DNA of 64,000 bases. Source: Promethearchaeota archaeon (GTDB lineage: Archaea > Asgardarchaeota > Lokiarchaeia > Sigyniarchaeales > SOKP01). Within the stretch, counting starts at the first letter, position 1. Every line of letters starts with the position of its first letter. The position numbers were made by a program, and so were the translations under genes. Of the stretch, positions 1-9,921 are shown piece by piece. The stretch is taken from contig JAUVNS010000001.1 in NCBI GenBank assembly GCA_030599585.1, positions 1 to 64,000 of the forward strand. Reading direction: 5' to 3'. The notes under the pieces are model-generated. The model saw only the letters and a list, made by a program, of their open reading frames with translations, ran no database searches and was not told the DNA's origin.

Positions 1-76
1 AATCTAGTATCTCTAATCGAGTTTGATCGGCTAATACTTTCATAAACTCGACGATATCTTTTTTAAGTTCACTCAT
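1..76 (-). CDS. ArsR/SmtB-family HTH regulator, N-terminal part (runs off the window edge)
   Basis: Manual translation MSELKKDIVEFMKVLADQTRLEILD matches the ArsR helix-1 pattern F.(V/A)LAD.TRL.IL. Confidence 0.75.
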   Translation of the reverse strand, partial: MSELKKDIVEFMKVLADQTRLEILD

Positions 77-243
77 AAATTCTATTCAGCTGTATTTTAG
101 GATTATTGGTGTTAATCGCATTTAAACGTATTTTTAATTATTTATTAAGTATTAATATTTAAATATAATTCTACCGCAATATTTATATATCGGCATATCG
201 TTATTAATGAATATAGATAAAAATAATTTTTTCACCAATTCTT

Positions 244-762
244 ATGGAAAGTTCAAGCAAAGTTTTTAAAATCGATGAAATAGACAAAAATATAATCGAG
301 ATTATCCAAAAAGACCCAATGCTTACACATACCGAGATCGCTAAGAAAGTAAATCGAAGCCAACCTACAATTGGGATGAGAATTCGTAAACTTGAAAAAG
401 CAGGAGTATTAAAATTTCAAGCGGGTATCAATGTGAAAACTATGGATTTACTATTAGCAAGGGTTGAAATTCAGACATTAAAACCGGATGAAACGGTTAA
501 ATTAGTAAAAAATTGTCCGCACATGTTAAACGCTTTCAGATTAAGTGGCACATCGAATCTTAGTATCCTTCTAGTAAGTAATAAACTCGCACACCTAGAC
601 GAGATTGTAAACCATCACTTTAGGAAAGATCCTAACGTATCAGATGTCTACATGGACATTATTACTGATGTGACGAATGATTTTGTCCTCCCATTTGATT
701 TTAATTTCGATAATTGCGGTTTAACTTCAAAGAAAGAATGTTGTGGAAAATGTTTTGCCTAA
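244..762 (+). CDS. Lrp/AsnC-family transcriptional regulator with Cys-rich tail
   Basis: IDEIDKNII...EIAKKVNRSQPTIGMRIRKLEKAG HTH plus RAM domain; C-terminal C-x7-CCGKC. Confidence 0.9.
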   Translation: MESSSKVFKIDEIDKNIIEIIQKDPMLTHTEIAKKVNRSQPTIGMRIRKLEKAGVLKFQAGINVKTMDLLLARVEIQTLKPDETVKLVKNCPHMLNAFRLSGTSNLSILLVSNKLAHLDEIVNHHFRKDPNVSDVYMDIITDVTNDFVLPFDFNFDNCGLTSKKECCGKCFA

Positions 763-1014
763 AATTTCAGAAAATTTTAAAATTGTTTATTAGAATAGGA
801 TTTTTTGCCAAACGGGAGTTTAAGGAGTAATAGTTTATATTTCTTTTTTTCTTTGCTTTTTACATATCAAGGTTAAACAACTAATTTGCGTCGTTTTATA
901 AAATAAGCTTTGTTAGTGAAATAGAATAAATAAAGGTGCTATAATGGCAAGTATATTTATTTATCACATTTTGTTCTGAGGAATACACAAAAAATATTTT
1001 CTTGACTAAAAATT

Positions 1015-1527
1015 ATGGAGAGCAAAGCTTTTAAAATCGATGAATTAGACAAAAGTATAATCGAAATAATTCAAAAAGAACCATCACTTACCCACACCGA
1101 GATTGCTAGGAAAGTTAATCGAAGTCAGCCTACAATTGGAACGAGAATTCGTAAACTTGAAAAAGCAGGAGTATTAAAATTTCAAGCAGGTATCAATGTA
1201 AAAACTATGGATTTACTATTGGCAAGGGTTGAAATCCAGACGTCAAAACCGGATGAAACTGTTAAATTAGTAAAAGATTGTCCTCACATGTTAAACGCTT
1301 TCAGATTAAGTGGCACATCGAATTTTAGTATCCTTGTAGTTAGTAATAAACTCGCACACCTCGACGAGATTGTAAACCATCACTTTAGGAAAGATCCTAA
1401 CGTATCAGATGTCTACATGGACATTATTACTGATGTGACGAATGATTTAATCCTCCCATTAGATTTTAATTTCGAGAATTGTAGCTTAACTTCAAACCAT
1501 GAGTGTTGTGGAAAATGTTTTGCCTAA
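1015..1527 (+). CDS. Lrp/AsnC-family regulator, tandem paralog of 244..762
   Basis: Protein and DNA nearly identical to the upstream copy. Confidence 0.9.
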   Translation: MESKAFKIDELDKSIIEIIQKEPSLTHTEIARKVNRSQPTIGTRIRKLEKAGVLKFQAGINVKTMDLLLARVEIQTSKPDETVKLVKDCPHMLNAFRLSGTSNFSILVVSNKLAHLDEIVNHHFRKDPNVSDVYMDIITDVTNDLILPLDFNFENCSLTSNHECCGKCFA

Positions 1528-1704
1528 AATTCCAATAAAATTTTAGAATTGGTTAATCTCGTTTCTTAGAATAGGACAAACTTTTTTATTCTATTAACAA
1601 CAAATTTTTAGCATATTCTACTTTTTTATAATTAGATAGTGATCTTTAATCAATCAAGTAATCAAATTTAACCAATAATTGAAAATTTTATAATAATTTA
1701 ACTA

Positions 1705-1785
1705 GCCAGCGTATCCGAGTAGTTAAGGAGGCGGCCTGCAGAGCCGTTGCTTTCAGCGTCGTGGGTGCAAATCCCACCGCTGGCT
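1705..1785 (+). tRNA. tRNA-Cys(GCA) with 13-nt variable arm
   Basis: Acceptor GCCAGCG/CGCTGGC plus discriminator T; D stem TCC/GGA; anticodon stem GCGGC/GCCGT with loop CTGCAGA (GCA at 1738-1740); T arm GTGGG-TGCAAAT-CCCAC; directly upstream of cysS. Confidence 0.92.
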
Positions 1786-1830
1786 CTTAAACCATCTTCT
1801 AAATTAACTAATTTGGGTGTATCAACAATC

Positions 1831-3276
1831 GTGAAAGTATACAATAGTCTAACATTCCAAAAAGAAGAATTTATCCCGTTAGAGTCCGGTAAAATCAAGA
1901 TGTACGTTTGTGGCGTTACCGTTTATGGTTCGCCTCACCTAGGACACGCAAAGTCTGCTGTTGCATTTGATTTAATTCATAGGTTTTTAAAATATAAAGG
2001 ATACGAGGTAAACATAGTAAAGAATTACACTGATATAGACGATAAAATTATCAAAGCCTCGCAAGAAAGCAATGAAGATTATAGGATATTAAGTGACCGG
2101 CATATAGCCGAATACGAGGAAATCATGGAATTATTAAATGTTGAAAAAGACACTCAAAATCCTCGAGCAACAGATGTAATTGATCTGATTATCAAATTCA
2201 TCCAAGAATTAATTTTAAAAGGTAATGCTTATGAGCAAAATGGATCAGTTTATTTTTCAGTTAAGTCCTTCCCCAAGTATACTTCTATCCTTCAAAGAAT
2301 AAAGGAACACGATACTGAAAGCGAAGAAGAGGATTATATGGTAGATCAAGATACTGCATTTGGCGAAGATAAGCTCGATAAGCGTGATTTTGCTTTATGG
2401 AAAAAAATGAAAAAAGGAGAGCCGTATTGGGAAAGCCCTTGGGGTAAGGGACGTCCTGGATGGCACATCGAATGTTCAGTCATGATCTTAAATTACTTAG
2501 GAGAAAGGATTGATATTCACGGAGGGGGGCAGGATCTGAAATTTCCTCATCATAGAAACGAGATAGCTCAATCAGAATCTTATACAGGCAAAGAATTTGC
2601 TAAATACTTCTTACATAATGGTTATGTTAATGTAAACAACGAAAAAATGTCAAAAAGCCTAAATAATTTTTTTACTGTCGCTGACATTATCAAAGATTAC
2701 GATCCTATGGTTATCCGCTGGTATCTGATATCGAGTCATTATCGAAGTTCAAATAATTACACTTCAGACAGTCTGGAACCCGCAAAAAAGACTTACAATA
2801 GATTAATTAATACTATCAAGAAAGTTAACGATGCCGAGTTTGGCGAAGGACCGTCTAAACAGCTTGATGGATTGATTAATAAAATTACTGAATCTAAAGA
2901 TAAAATTATTGAAGCCATGGACGACGATTTCGACACCCCCGTAGCTTTAGCTGAACTATTAACCCTATTTAGAGAAATAAATAAAGCCCTATTACAAGAG
3001 GGGTTAAAAATTAATCAATCGTTCAAAGAATTATTCTTTAATTATATTGAGTTTATTGAAGAAATTTTCGGGATATTTCCTTTTTTGAAATCTAAAACGC
3101 TACCTTTCTCAACGGTTGGCAACGACGAGAAGGATAACCTCATAAAAAATCTTATTAATTTGATTATTGAAACGCGAATAGCATTAAGAGAAAAGAAACT
3201 TTATGAGCTAAGCGATATAATCCGAGATCGGTTGAAAGAATTGGGGCTCGATATCGAAGATAAAAAAGTAAAATAG
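1831..3276 (+). CDS. cysS: Cysteinyl-tRNA synthetase (class I)
   Basis: YVCGVTVY..PHLGHA (HIGH), DFALWK, GRPGWHIECS, DIHGGG.DL.FPHH, KMSKS; start moved to GTG 1831 because the longer ORF overlaps the tRNA. Confidence 0.95.
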   Translation: MKVYNSLTFQKEEFIPLESGKIKMYVCGVTVYGSPHLGHAKSAVAFDLIHRFLKYKGYEVNIVKNYTDIDDKIIKASQESNEDYRILSDRHIAEYEEIMELLNVEKDTQNPRATDVIDLIIKFIQELILKGNAYEQNGSVYFSVKSFPKYTSILQRIKEHDTESEEEDYMVDQDTAFGEDKLDKRDFALWKKMKKGEPYWESPWGKGRPGWHIECSVMILNYLGERIDIHGGGQDLKFPHHRNEIAQSESYTGKEFAKYFLHNGYVNVNNEKMSKSLNNFFTVADIIKDYDPMVIRWYLISSHYRSSNNYTSDSLEPAKKTYNRLINTIKKVNDAEFGEGPSKQLDGLINKITESKDKIIEAMDDDFDTPVALAELLTLFREINKALLQEGLKINQSFKELFFNYIEFIEEIFGIFPFLKSKTLPFSTVGNDEKDNLIKNLINLIIETRIALREKKLYELSDIIRDRLKELGLDIEDKKVK

Positions 3277-3322
3277 CTAAGTTATTATTCTATTACATAA
3301 ACTTCTCTTTTATTAAGCAGAT

Positions 3323-3727
3323 TTACAGATCAGGAGTAGTGTTTATTAATTCTTCTTCCTCTTCGAGATTTTTATAGTGTTTGTAAAGAATTGGAGCAAG
3401 TTTAACATCTTTAGTAGTAGAAACGGTTAAAATTTGATCTTCTCCAGCGTGTAGTATCAAAAGATATCCCTTTTTAGCTTGGATGTAGGATTGCTCAAAC
3501 TCCCCTAATCCCATTTCTCCAATTGCTCGTTCGCTTAACGAACATAGTGCTGCTGTCATCGCTGCTAATCGCATATCGTCCGTAGTTGAGGGTAAAAATG
3601 AGGCGAGAGGTTGACCAGTATCTGCTGTAAGTTGAGCTGCTTTAACTCCTTCGACATTATCCATAATGTCTTTTAACAGTTCCTCTAGAGAAGATTTAAA
3701 AACTCTTCTTTTTCTTAACCCTTTCAT
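3323..3727 (-). CDS. Roadblock/LC7 (MglB-like) domain protein
   Basis: GVKAAQLTADTGQPLAS...RLAAMTAAL..LSERA..E...GEFEQ..I....GY.LI..AG. Confidence 0.88.
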   Translation of the reverse strand: MKGLRKRRVFKSSLEELLKDIMDNVEGVKAAQLTADTGQPLASFLPSTTDDMRLAAMTAALCSLSERAIGEMGLGEFEQSYIQAKKGYLLILHAGEDQILTVSTTKDVKLAPILYKHYKNLEEEEELINTTPDL

Positions 3728-3987
3728 TCCACAAGAATTTTATAGAAATTATTAGACGTTTAAATATATATTATACCTTCAGTGCTTAAAAAGGAGACTT
3801 TCTATTATAAATTTTAGTACGATTTGTTAATATCTAACTAATATACATCATTAAGCTGGAAGCGGGAATATTGTAGAAAGACGATTGAGAATGTATAGGG
3901 TTTTTATAAGAAAAAATAAATAGATGGAGTATGATATGTTATTTAGCAATAAAAAGAATTTAAAAACTAAAAGTGGAGTGTCTTAAC

Positions 3988-4695
3988 ATGAAAAGAAGTA
4001 AAATTGTTTTTTTTCTCTTAATAGGGTTCCTTCTAACTATTGGTATAATAAACACTGCAGCAGCGGTAACGTGGGGAGTTTGTAATGGAGACAATTTGGA
4101 ATATACAGCAACTAAATACACTGATAATCAATTTATTATTGATCAAACCATTACTCTGACCGTGACTTTTAATGTAACTTATGTAGGTGATTATGTCACA
4201 GCTGATAGGAGAGAAGATGGTGGTTCCGCAGTGAGCGTATTCTTAAATACTCAAAGTTTAGACGATCTCTATGGAATTAATATAAGAACATCAAACAGTA
4301 TATTCGTTCGATATATTGCTGACGAGCAAGGGATACAAGGTCTTATGACTCAATTACAGAATGAGATAGGGACGGTTCTAGACAACTTTAGTATGTCGAG
4401 ATCTGGAAACAATCTCTTAATTTCAGCATACGGAGGAAGCTCAGGAAATTCCTGGACTTATGACGCTGAGATTAATTACACTAGTAGTTATGTGCTAAGT
4501 CGTATGTTCGAAGATCACTTTCAGACCGATGGGGTAAATAATGCGGTACAAACTGTGTTATGGACTAAAGTACACCATCATTCAGCATGTACTACTCCCA
4601 CACCTGGACTTCCTATGCCAGTAATAATTGGAATAAGCGTTGTAGTTGTTGTAGGTATTATAGTTGTTGTAATTATAATCATAAAAAGAAGATGA
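3988..4695 (+). CDS. Secreted, C-terminally anchored surface protein
   Basis: Signal peptide; PTPGLP linker, TM helix and KRR tail. Confidence 0.75.
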   Translation: MKRSKIVFFLLIGFLLTIGIINTAAAVTWGVCNGDNLEYTATKYTDNQFIIDQTITLTVTFNVTYVGDYVTADRREDGGSAVSVFLNTQSLDDLYGINIRTSNSIFVRYIADEQGIQGLMTQLQNEIGTVLDNFSMSRSGNNLLISAYGGSSGNSWTYDAEINYTSSYVLSRMFEDHFQTDGVNNAVQTVLWTKVHHHSACTTPTPGLPMPVIIGISVVVVVGIIVVVIIIIKRR

Positions 4696-4815
4696 AACTT
4701 TCTTTAAACATTTTTTAACTTTTTTTGATATTTTTATATAGTTTCTAAATATATTACGAAATATCCTTTTTTACACAATAAACAAAAATAATTTTTAATA
4801 AAGAGATGATAAATA

Positions 4816-5013
4816 ATGCCCGTAATTACAATTGAGGGCCCGCCTCGCGATATTGAAACTAAACGGAAGCTTGTAAAGCAATTTACAAGAATATTCAAAG
4901 AAATTTATGGATATCCGGAAGATTTTCCTCATGTAACAATAATTATCCGCGAAAATTCCCCCGAAAATATAGGGACAAATAGTGAATTATTAGTTGATAA
5001 AAAGAAAAAATGA
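4816..5013 (+). CDS. 4-oxalocrotonate tautomerase family (DmpI-like)
   Basis: Pro1 (MPVITIEGP), K..LV...T, I.E..PENIG..G.L. Confidence 0.88.
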   Translation: MPVITIEGPPRDIETKRKLVKQFTRIFKEIYGYPEDFPHVTIIIRENSPENIGTNSELLVDKKKK

Positions 5014-5285
5014 AAATCAATTCTAACCTTTTTTTTATAGAGCTCTCATACCGAGTCAAAAATACACTCAGAAAAAGAAAGAGAGAATAATATTTTATTT
5101 CCCGTTAAAAATCTTTTCGAGAGAAGATAATCTTTATCAAACTATTAAGAATCAATTGTCGAGTACTAATATCATTCTTGACCTAGCTAAACTATATATA
5201 TTTAAGATTTATAAATTCAAAGTTTAAATTGGAACACATATATTTGGATAATAATCTTCCAATACAATCAAAAAAAATGATTATT

Positions 5286-6239
5286 ATGTCAAAACAAGAT
5301 CCAATTATAATCAATACCTCTGAATTGTGCAAGAACTATAATGGAATTGAAGCCCTTAAAAATCTTGATTTGAAAGTAAGGAGAAATTCCATCTACGGCT
5401 TTTTAGGACCAAATGGTGCGGGTAAAACGACAGCAATAAAGTTATTATTAGGATTGATAAAACCTACTAGCGGAACGGGAACAATTTTTAATCATGATAT
5501 TATCAGAGAAAGTCTTAAAATCCGTGCCCGCGTCGGATATCTCCCTCAAGACCCTCGGTTTTATGAGGAAATGAGTGCTCGAGAAATATTGAGATTTACA
5601 GCGCGTTTCTTTTTTAGTGGCCCCAAAATTGAAATTAAAAATCGAATCAATGAAATGATTGAATTAGTTGGAATTACAGGTAAAGCAGATCGACCAATTA
5701 AAGGATTTTCAGGAGGAGAAAGACAAAGATTAGGAATTGCTCAAGCCATGATTAATTATCCCGATTTATTAATATTGGATGAACCAACCGCTTCATTGGA
5801 TCCACTTGGTCGTCATATGATTCTTGAACTAATGGAGAAGTTAAGAGAATTTTCTACTATTTTTTATTCCACCCATATATTAGATGATGTCCAACGAGTT
5901 AGTGATACAGTTGCAATTTTGAATCGTGGTACAATGGTCGCCAAAGGAAATGTTGATAAACTTCTTGCAGGGAGTGAAGAAACTATTTATTTAGTAAAAA
6001 TAAAGGGGAATACCGAAGCTTCGTTAAAGAACATCTCTGATCAACCTTGGATTACAAATATAGAATCTGAGAAAAAGAGAGAACAAACAAGTTGGCAAAT
6101 TACTGTATCCGATGATAATATCGCTGAGGAGAAGTTATTACGACTTATTCTTGCAGAAAAAAATATAAGAATTACTGATTTTAGGATTAAAAAATATGAT
6201 TTAGAAGAAATATTTTTACAAGTAGTGGAGGCTAAGTAA
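5286..6239 (+). CDS. ABC-2 type transporter ATP-binding subunit
   Basis: GPNGAGKTT, FSGGERQR, LILDEPT, STH; start uncertain (5229-5286). Confidence 0.93.
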   Translation: MSKQDPIIINTSELCKNYNGIEALKNLDLKVRRNSIYGFLGPNGAGKTTAIKLLLGLIKPTSGTGTIFNHDIIRESLKIRARVGYLPQDPRFYEEMSAREILRFTARFFFSGPKIEIKNRINEMIELVGITGKADRPIKGFSGGERQRLGIAQAMINYPDLLILDEPTASLDPLGRHMILELMEKLREFSTIFYSTHILDDVQRVSDTVAILNRGTMVAKGNVDKLLAGSEETIYLVKIKGNTEASLKNISDQPWITNIESEKKREQTSWQITVSDDNIAEEKLLRLILAEKNIRITDFRIKKYDLEEIFLQVVEAK

Positions 6240-6240
6240 A

Positions 6241-7017
6241 TTGTCGATAAATGAAAACTTAGATGTTATTGTGGAGAAAAGATGGCAAAACAGTTTTTTC
6301 AATTTAATGTCAATAGAATTTGGCGGATGGTGGAAAAGTAGAACATGGTTAGTGATGACTTCAATATGGGTAGCGATTATTAACGGCATGACCATAATGC
6401 TACTCCTTGCTGAAATTGATATCTCATCCGCAATTTCATTATATGGTTTGTTCGGTGGTTTATTTCCTCCAATAGCAGTTATTTTAATAATGCAAGACTC
6501 TATTATTGGAGAAAAGAAGTCAGGAACTGCAGAATGGGTTCTATCAAAACCAGTCTCTCGTAAATCATTCATTCTTGCGAAATGGATGGGAAATTCTTTG
6601 AATGTTTTTATAACGATAGCATTACTGCCGGGAATAATTAATTACGTCATATTTTCGCTGTTTTACGGTCAATGGTTTTTTTTCCCGTCGTTTTTTTTGG
6701 GAATTGTAATACTTAGCCTAAATTTAATCTTCTTTGTTACCCTTACACTAATGTTTGGTACGTTCTTAGACAGTGCTGGTGCGGTTGCGGCTATCCCAAT
6801 AGCATTTAATTTCATGCAACAATTTTTAGTGAGCATCCCATATGCAAAATTTATACTACCGCAATACATTTACTTTATGCCCGATGAAACTTCGATAATG
6901 ACCTCAGTAATCTTGGGATTGCCAATTCCGTCGATCATTCCGATAATTTCTGTGATTGCACTTATAACTGCGTTTCTATTGATCGCCCTGATGAAGTTTG
7001 AGAAATCTGAATTCTAA
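6241..7017 (+). CDS. ABC-2 type transporter permease
   Basis: About 6 TM helices; GEKKSGTAEWVLSKPVSR..FILAK motif; adjacent to the ATPase. Confidence 0.9.
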   Translation: MSINENLDVIVEKRWQNSFFNLMSIEFGGWWKSRTWLVMTSIWVAIINGMTIMLLLAEIDISSAISLYGLFGGLFPPIAVILIMQDSIIGEKKSGTAEWVLSKPVSRKSFILAKWMGNSLNVFITIALLPGIINYVIFSLFYGQWFFFPSFFLGIVILSLNLIFFVTLTLMFGTFLDSAGAVAAIPIAFNFMQQFLVSIPYAKFILPQYIYFMPDETSIMTSVILGLPIPSIIPIISVIALITAFLLIALMKFEKSEF

Positions 7018-7070
7018 TTTTTTTTTTTAAAACTAAATTTTCCTTATTAAAAGATAAAAAAAGATTTTGT

Positions 7071-8792
7071 TTACTCTCCCTTAAAGACTTTCTCTTTAGG
7101 AGCGTATTCGTCTTGAACTGCGTAATTGTTAAAGTTTATGCTGTAATGATCGCGCCAACGTGCTTTTACTTCTTGCATCATTTCTTCGTGAACGTGGTCT
7201 TTAACTTTACCTTCCGCACGTAATAATGTTCCTGAAGTTGTAGCTGTTATTTCACCGTCTTTCACGACTATTTTTCCATCTTTTATCGTGTAAGCAGCGC
7301 TTGAAAACGCTTTCTCGATTGCCTTTCCATCCATCTTCTTAGGATCAAGATTATAAACTGCGACGTCGCCTATCGCTCCAATACCAAGATGACCTCTATC
7401 TGTCAATCCTAAGGTCTTAGCGTTTCCTGCTCGTGTTACAACACATAATTCGCTTAATGTGTATTCTCTATCTATGTCTGGAAGCGATGTTGCCGTGCTG
7501 GCTTTCTTTGAGACTACATTTTCTAACATATCCTTTCGGGATTTTTTATCCATTAACCATTTGAATACAATAGGATAGGTAGTAAAAGGAGCTCCGTTAG
7601 GATGGTCTGTTGTGTGGCTAAGCTGCCAAGGATTCTTAATCAAGAGCATTAATTCAAGAGCAATTGCCCACTGGATAGCGTTAACGCCAATCTTTGGTGA
7701 GAAGAAGTAAGGTACTACTCCAGATCCAGATTCTGCCTCTACTTGACCGTTAACCCATTTAATTCCTGGTTTTGAACCCCACGCAGACATACCTCCTAGG
7801 TGATGAAGTGCGAACTCCCAGGGGCCATCTCCCGTCATTGTTGTGGTTGCGTATTTAGTAAAAACAACTTGACCGCTATCTAATGTCATGTGCTTGTGTG
7901 AATTGACATAATCAGCGATATCTGCCGCTCCTGAGTTGATATCTCCCCAGTTGGTGCCCGCGTATGCGTTGAATTGGGCGTGAGTAACATGGAATGAACT
8001 AGTTCTGTCGCCTGCTGGTTTAATTTTTTCGCAAATCTTGAACGTTTCAATTGAGTGCTTATAATTTCCAGGGTGTCCTAAGTTATTACAATGGACGTGA
8101 ATGGAATGTGGTAAATTTAGCATTTCGTTAGCTTTTGCTAGACTTTCGACAATCTGTCTGGGAGTGACATCCCAATATAAGACAGGTGTGTCTACATTGT
8201 CGCAATTCTTACCCCAAGCCCAGTTTTCTACGCCTCCAGGATTAACAATTTTAATTGCATACCCTTTTGTAGCCTTTAAAATCCAATTTACATAAGCTGC
8301 TAGCTTTTCGATTTCGTTGTTTCTTATAAAGTTCAAAACGTACCAGTTATTTCCAAAAATTGGCATGGCGAGCTTATCGATAATCGGGATTTCTAAAAAC
8401 TCTTCGTGGGTATGTCGAGCTTCCAACATAGGCATTGCAGGCTCACACACGGTTGTATACCCCATTTTAGCATATCTATAACCGGTAGACCACGTGCTAG
8501 GAACGCTAAATCCGGTTCCAGAACGCCTTACATTGGTTTTCTTTTCGTTATATTCTGGAGGCTTATCATCGGGTCTAAGTGTTCGACCCGTGTTTACTTT
8601 CGCTCCAGCGATATGAGAATGAATATCTACGCCTCCAGGCATAATTATCATACCTGCAGCGTTGATAATTTTGGCGTCACCGTTTACCTTATCAACGATA
8701 ACACCGTTTTTAATGAAAATATCTTTCTTTTCACCGTCGAGTTTGTTTAAAGGATCGTAAACCAAACCGTTTTTGATTATTAAATCACTCAT
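7071..8792 (-). CDS. fwdA: Formylmethanofuran dehydrogenase subunit A (amidohydrolase)
   Basis: PGGVDIHSHIAG.KVN.GR, GYRYA.MGYT, KIVNPGG, HVHCNNLG.PGN, TTDHPNG. Confidence 0.93.
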   Translation of the reverse strand: MSDLIIKNGLVYDPLNKLDGEKKDIFIKNGVIVDKVNGDAKIINAAGMIIMPGGVDIHSHIAGAKVNTGRTLRPDDKPPEYNEKKTNVRRSGTGFSVPSTWSTGYRYAKMGYTTVCEPAMPMLEARHTHEEFLEIPIIDKLAMPIFGNNWYVLNFIRNNEIEKLAAYVNWILKATKGYAIKIVNPGGVENWAWGKNCDNVDTPVLYWDVTPRQIVESLAKANEMLNLPHSIHVHCNNLGHPGNYKHSIETFKICEKIKPAGDRTSSFHVTHAQFNAYAGTNWGDINSGAADIADYVNSHKHMTLDSGQVVFTKYATTTMTGDGPWEFALHHLGGMSAWGSKPGIKWVNGQVEAESGSGVVPYFFSPKIGVNAIQWAIALELMLLIKNPWQLSHTTDHPNGAPFTTYPIVFKWLMDKKSRKDMLENVVSKKASTATSLPDIDREYTLSELCVVTRAGNAKTLGLTDRGHLGIGAIGDVAVYNLDPKKMDGKAIEKAFSSAAYTIKDGKIVVKDGEITATTSGTLLRAEGKVKDHVHEEMMQEVKARWRDHYSINFNNYAVQDEYAPKEKVFKGE

Positions 8793-8903
8793 CGCAAATA
8801 TCCTTTCTAATTTATTTAGTTCAAAATCTATTTATTATTAAAAATCTGCCATTTTAATAAACTATACTATTATTTAAAATAATGATTAACATGTAGATTA
8901 CCA

Positions 8904-9899
8904 TTACTTCGCAAATGGGCACAGCGGGTCAGTATCAAAAATCGTTCCCTTTAATGCGTAGGTAACCATTTTACACCCTCCTTGACATATATGGAAGCTG
9001 GGACATCGATTGCAGTAACCTTCCATTTTATCTTGGTAATTCTGAGGTTGTAGAAAATATTTTGCTTTTGGATTTGAATAGATACGTTCCAAATCGTCTG
9101 TCAAAAAAGAACCCAAATTGTAATCTTTCATATATAAACACGGTACTACATCACCTTGGGCAGTAATGGTCAGGAATTCAGATAAAAGATTGCAGCACCC
9201 CGTTAATTCCTCATCAATTACCTTAGCGTAAGGCGTAAAACAAAGATCAACAAAATAACCTTCTCTTTTTTTTCCCAATACCATTTCGAGCATAGCTTTG
9301 CATTCTTCCGGAGAAAGAACTTGATCTATTAGGTTTTTACCCTCGCCAATTGGGACGAGTGGTACGAAATTGAAGAATTGACAATTATAAAGCTCTCCTA
9401 ATTCGAAAAAGTCATACATCTCATGAAAATTCCATTTACCAATGCAAATATCCATCCCAATTGGTAATTTTCTGACTAGCGGACTTTCTAATATTTCTAT
9501 TAACTGATTAAATTGCCCTTTCCCTCGTATTAGATCGTGTGTAGTAGAAGTAGCTCCGTTGACTCCAATATAGAGCTGGGTAATAATATTCCGATTTTTT
9601 TTAATATTACGAACGAGTTTTTTATCGTTAAGTAATAGACCATTAGTAGTAATAGCTATATTTTCAATCCCTACTTTTTTAGCAGAATGGATGATGTCAA
9701 AAAAATCCTCTCGCATAAATGGTTCTCCACCGGTCAGTATTAGATCTGTAATTCCGTAAGAGGCTGCCTTTTTTAAAATCTGGTGTATCTGGGATACCGA
9801 TAAAGAATTTTTTGGAGATTTATTTCCAAAACAATGAGTGCAGTTTAAGTTACATTTTGTAGTAATTTCAAAAAGTAAGACGCAATTAGTCCCTAGCAA
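8904..9899 (-). CDS. Radical SAM/SPASM domain protein
   Basis: CNLNCTHC, TGGEP, C-terminal GCC...PC...CNRC....CQGGC...C. Confidence 0.9.
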   Translation of the reverse strand: MLGTNCVLLFEITTKCNLNCTHCFGNKSPKNSLSVSQIHQILKKAASYGITDLILTGGEPFMREDFFDIIHSAKKVGIENIAITTNGLLLNDKKLVRNIKKNRNIITQLYIGVNGATSTTHDLIRGKGQFNQLIEILESPLVRKLPIGMDICIGKWNFHEMYDFFELGELYNCQFFNFVPLVPIGEGKNLIDQVLSPEECKAMLEMVLGKKREGYFVDLCFTPYAKVIDEELTGCCNLLSEFLTITAQGDVVPCLYMKDYNLGSFLTDDLERIYSNPKAKYFLQPQNYQDKMEGYCNRCPSFHICQGGCKMVTYALKGTIFDTDPLCPFAK

Positions 9900-9921
9900 T
9901 TTGTTCCAATCTTCCTTTTGC

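Noticed and set aside
1705-1785. Possible tRNA-Sec because of the long variable arm
   Set aside because: Anticodon is GCA, fold is 7/5 with a short D stem and U73; not the 9/4 tRNA-Sec fold
1747-1830. N-terminal extension of the CysRS ORF and antisense ORF 1698..1898
   Set aside because: Both overlap the tRNA-Cys gene; homology to CysRS begins at GTG 1831
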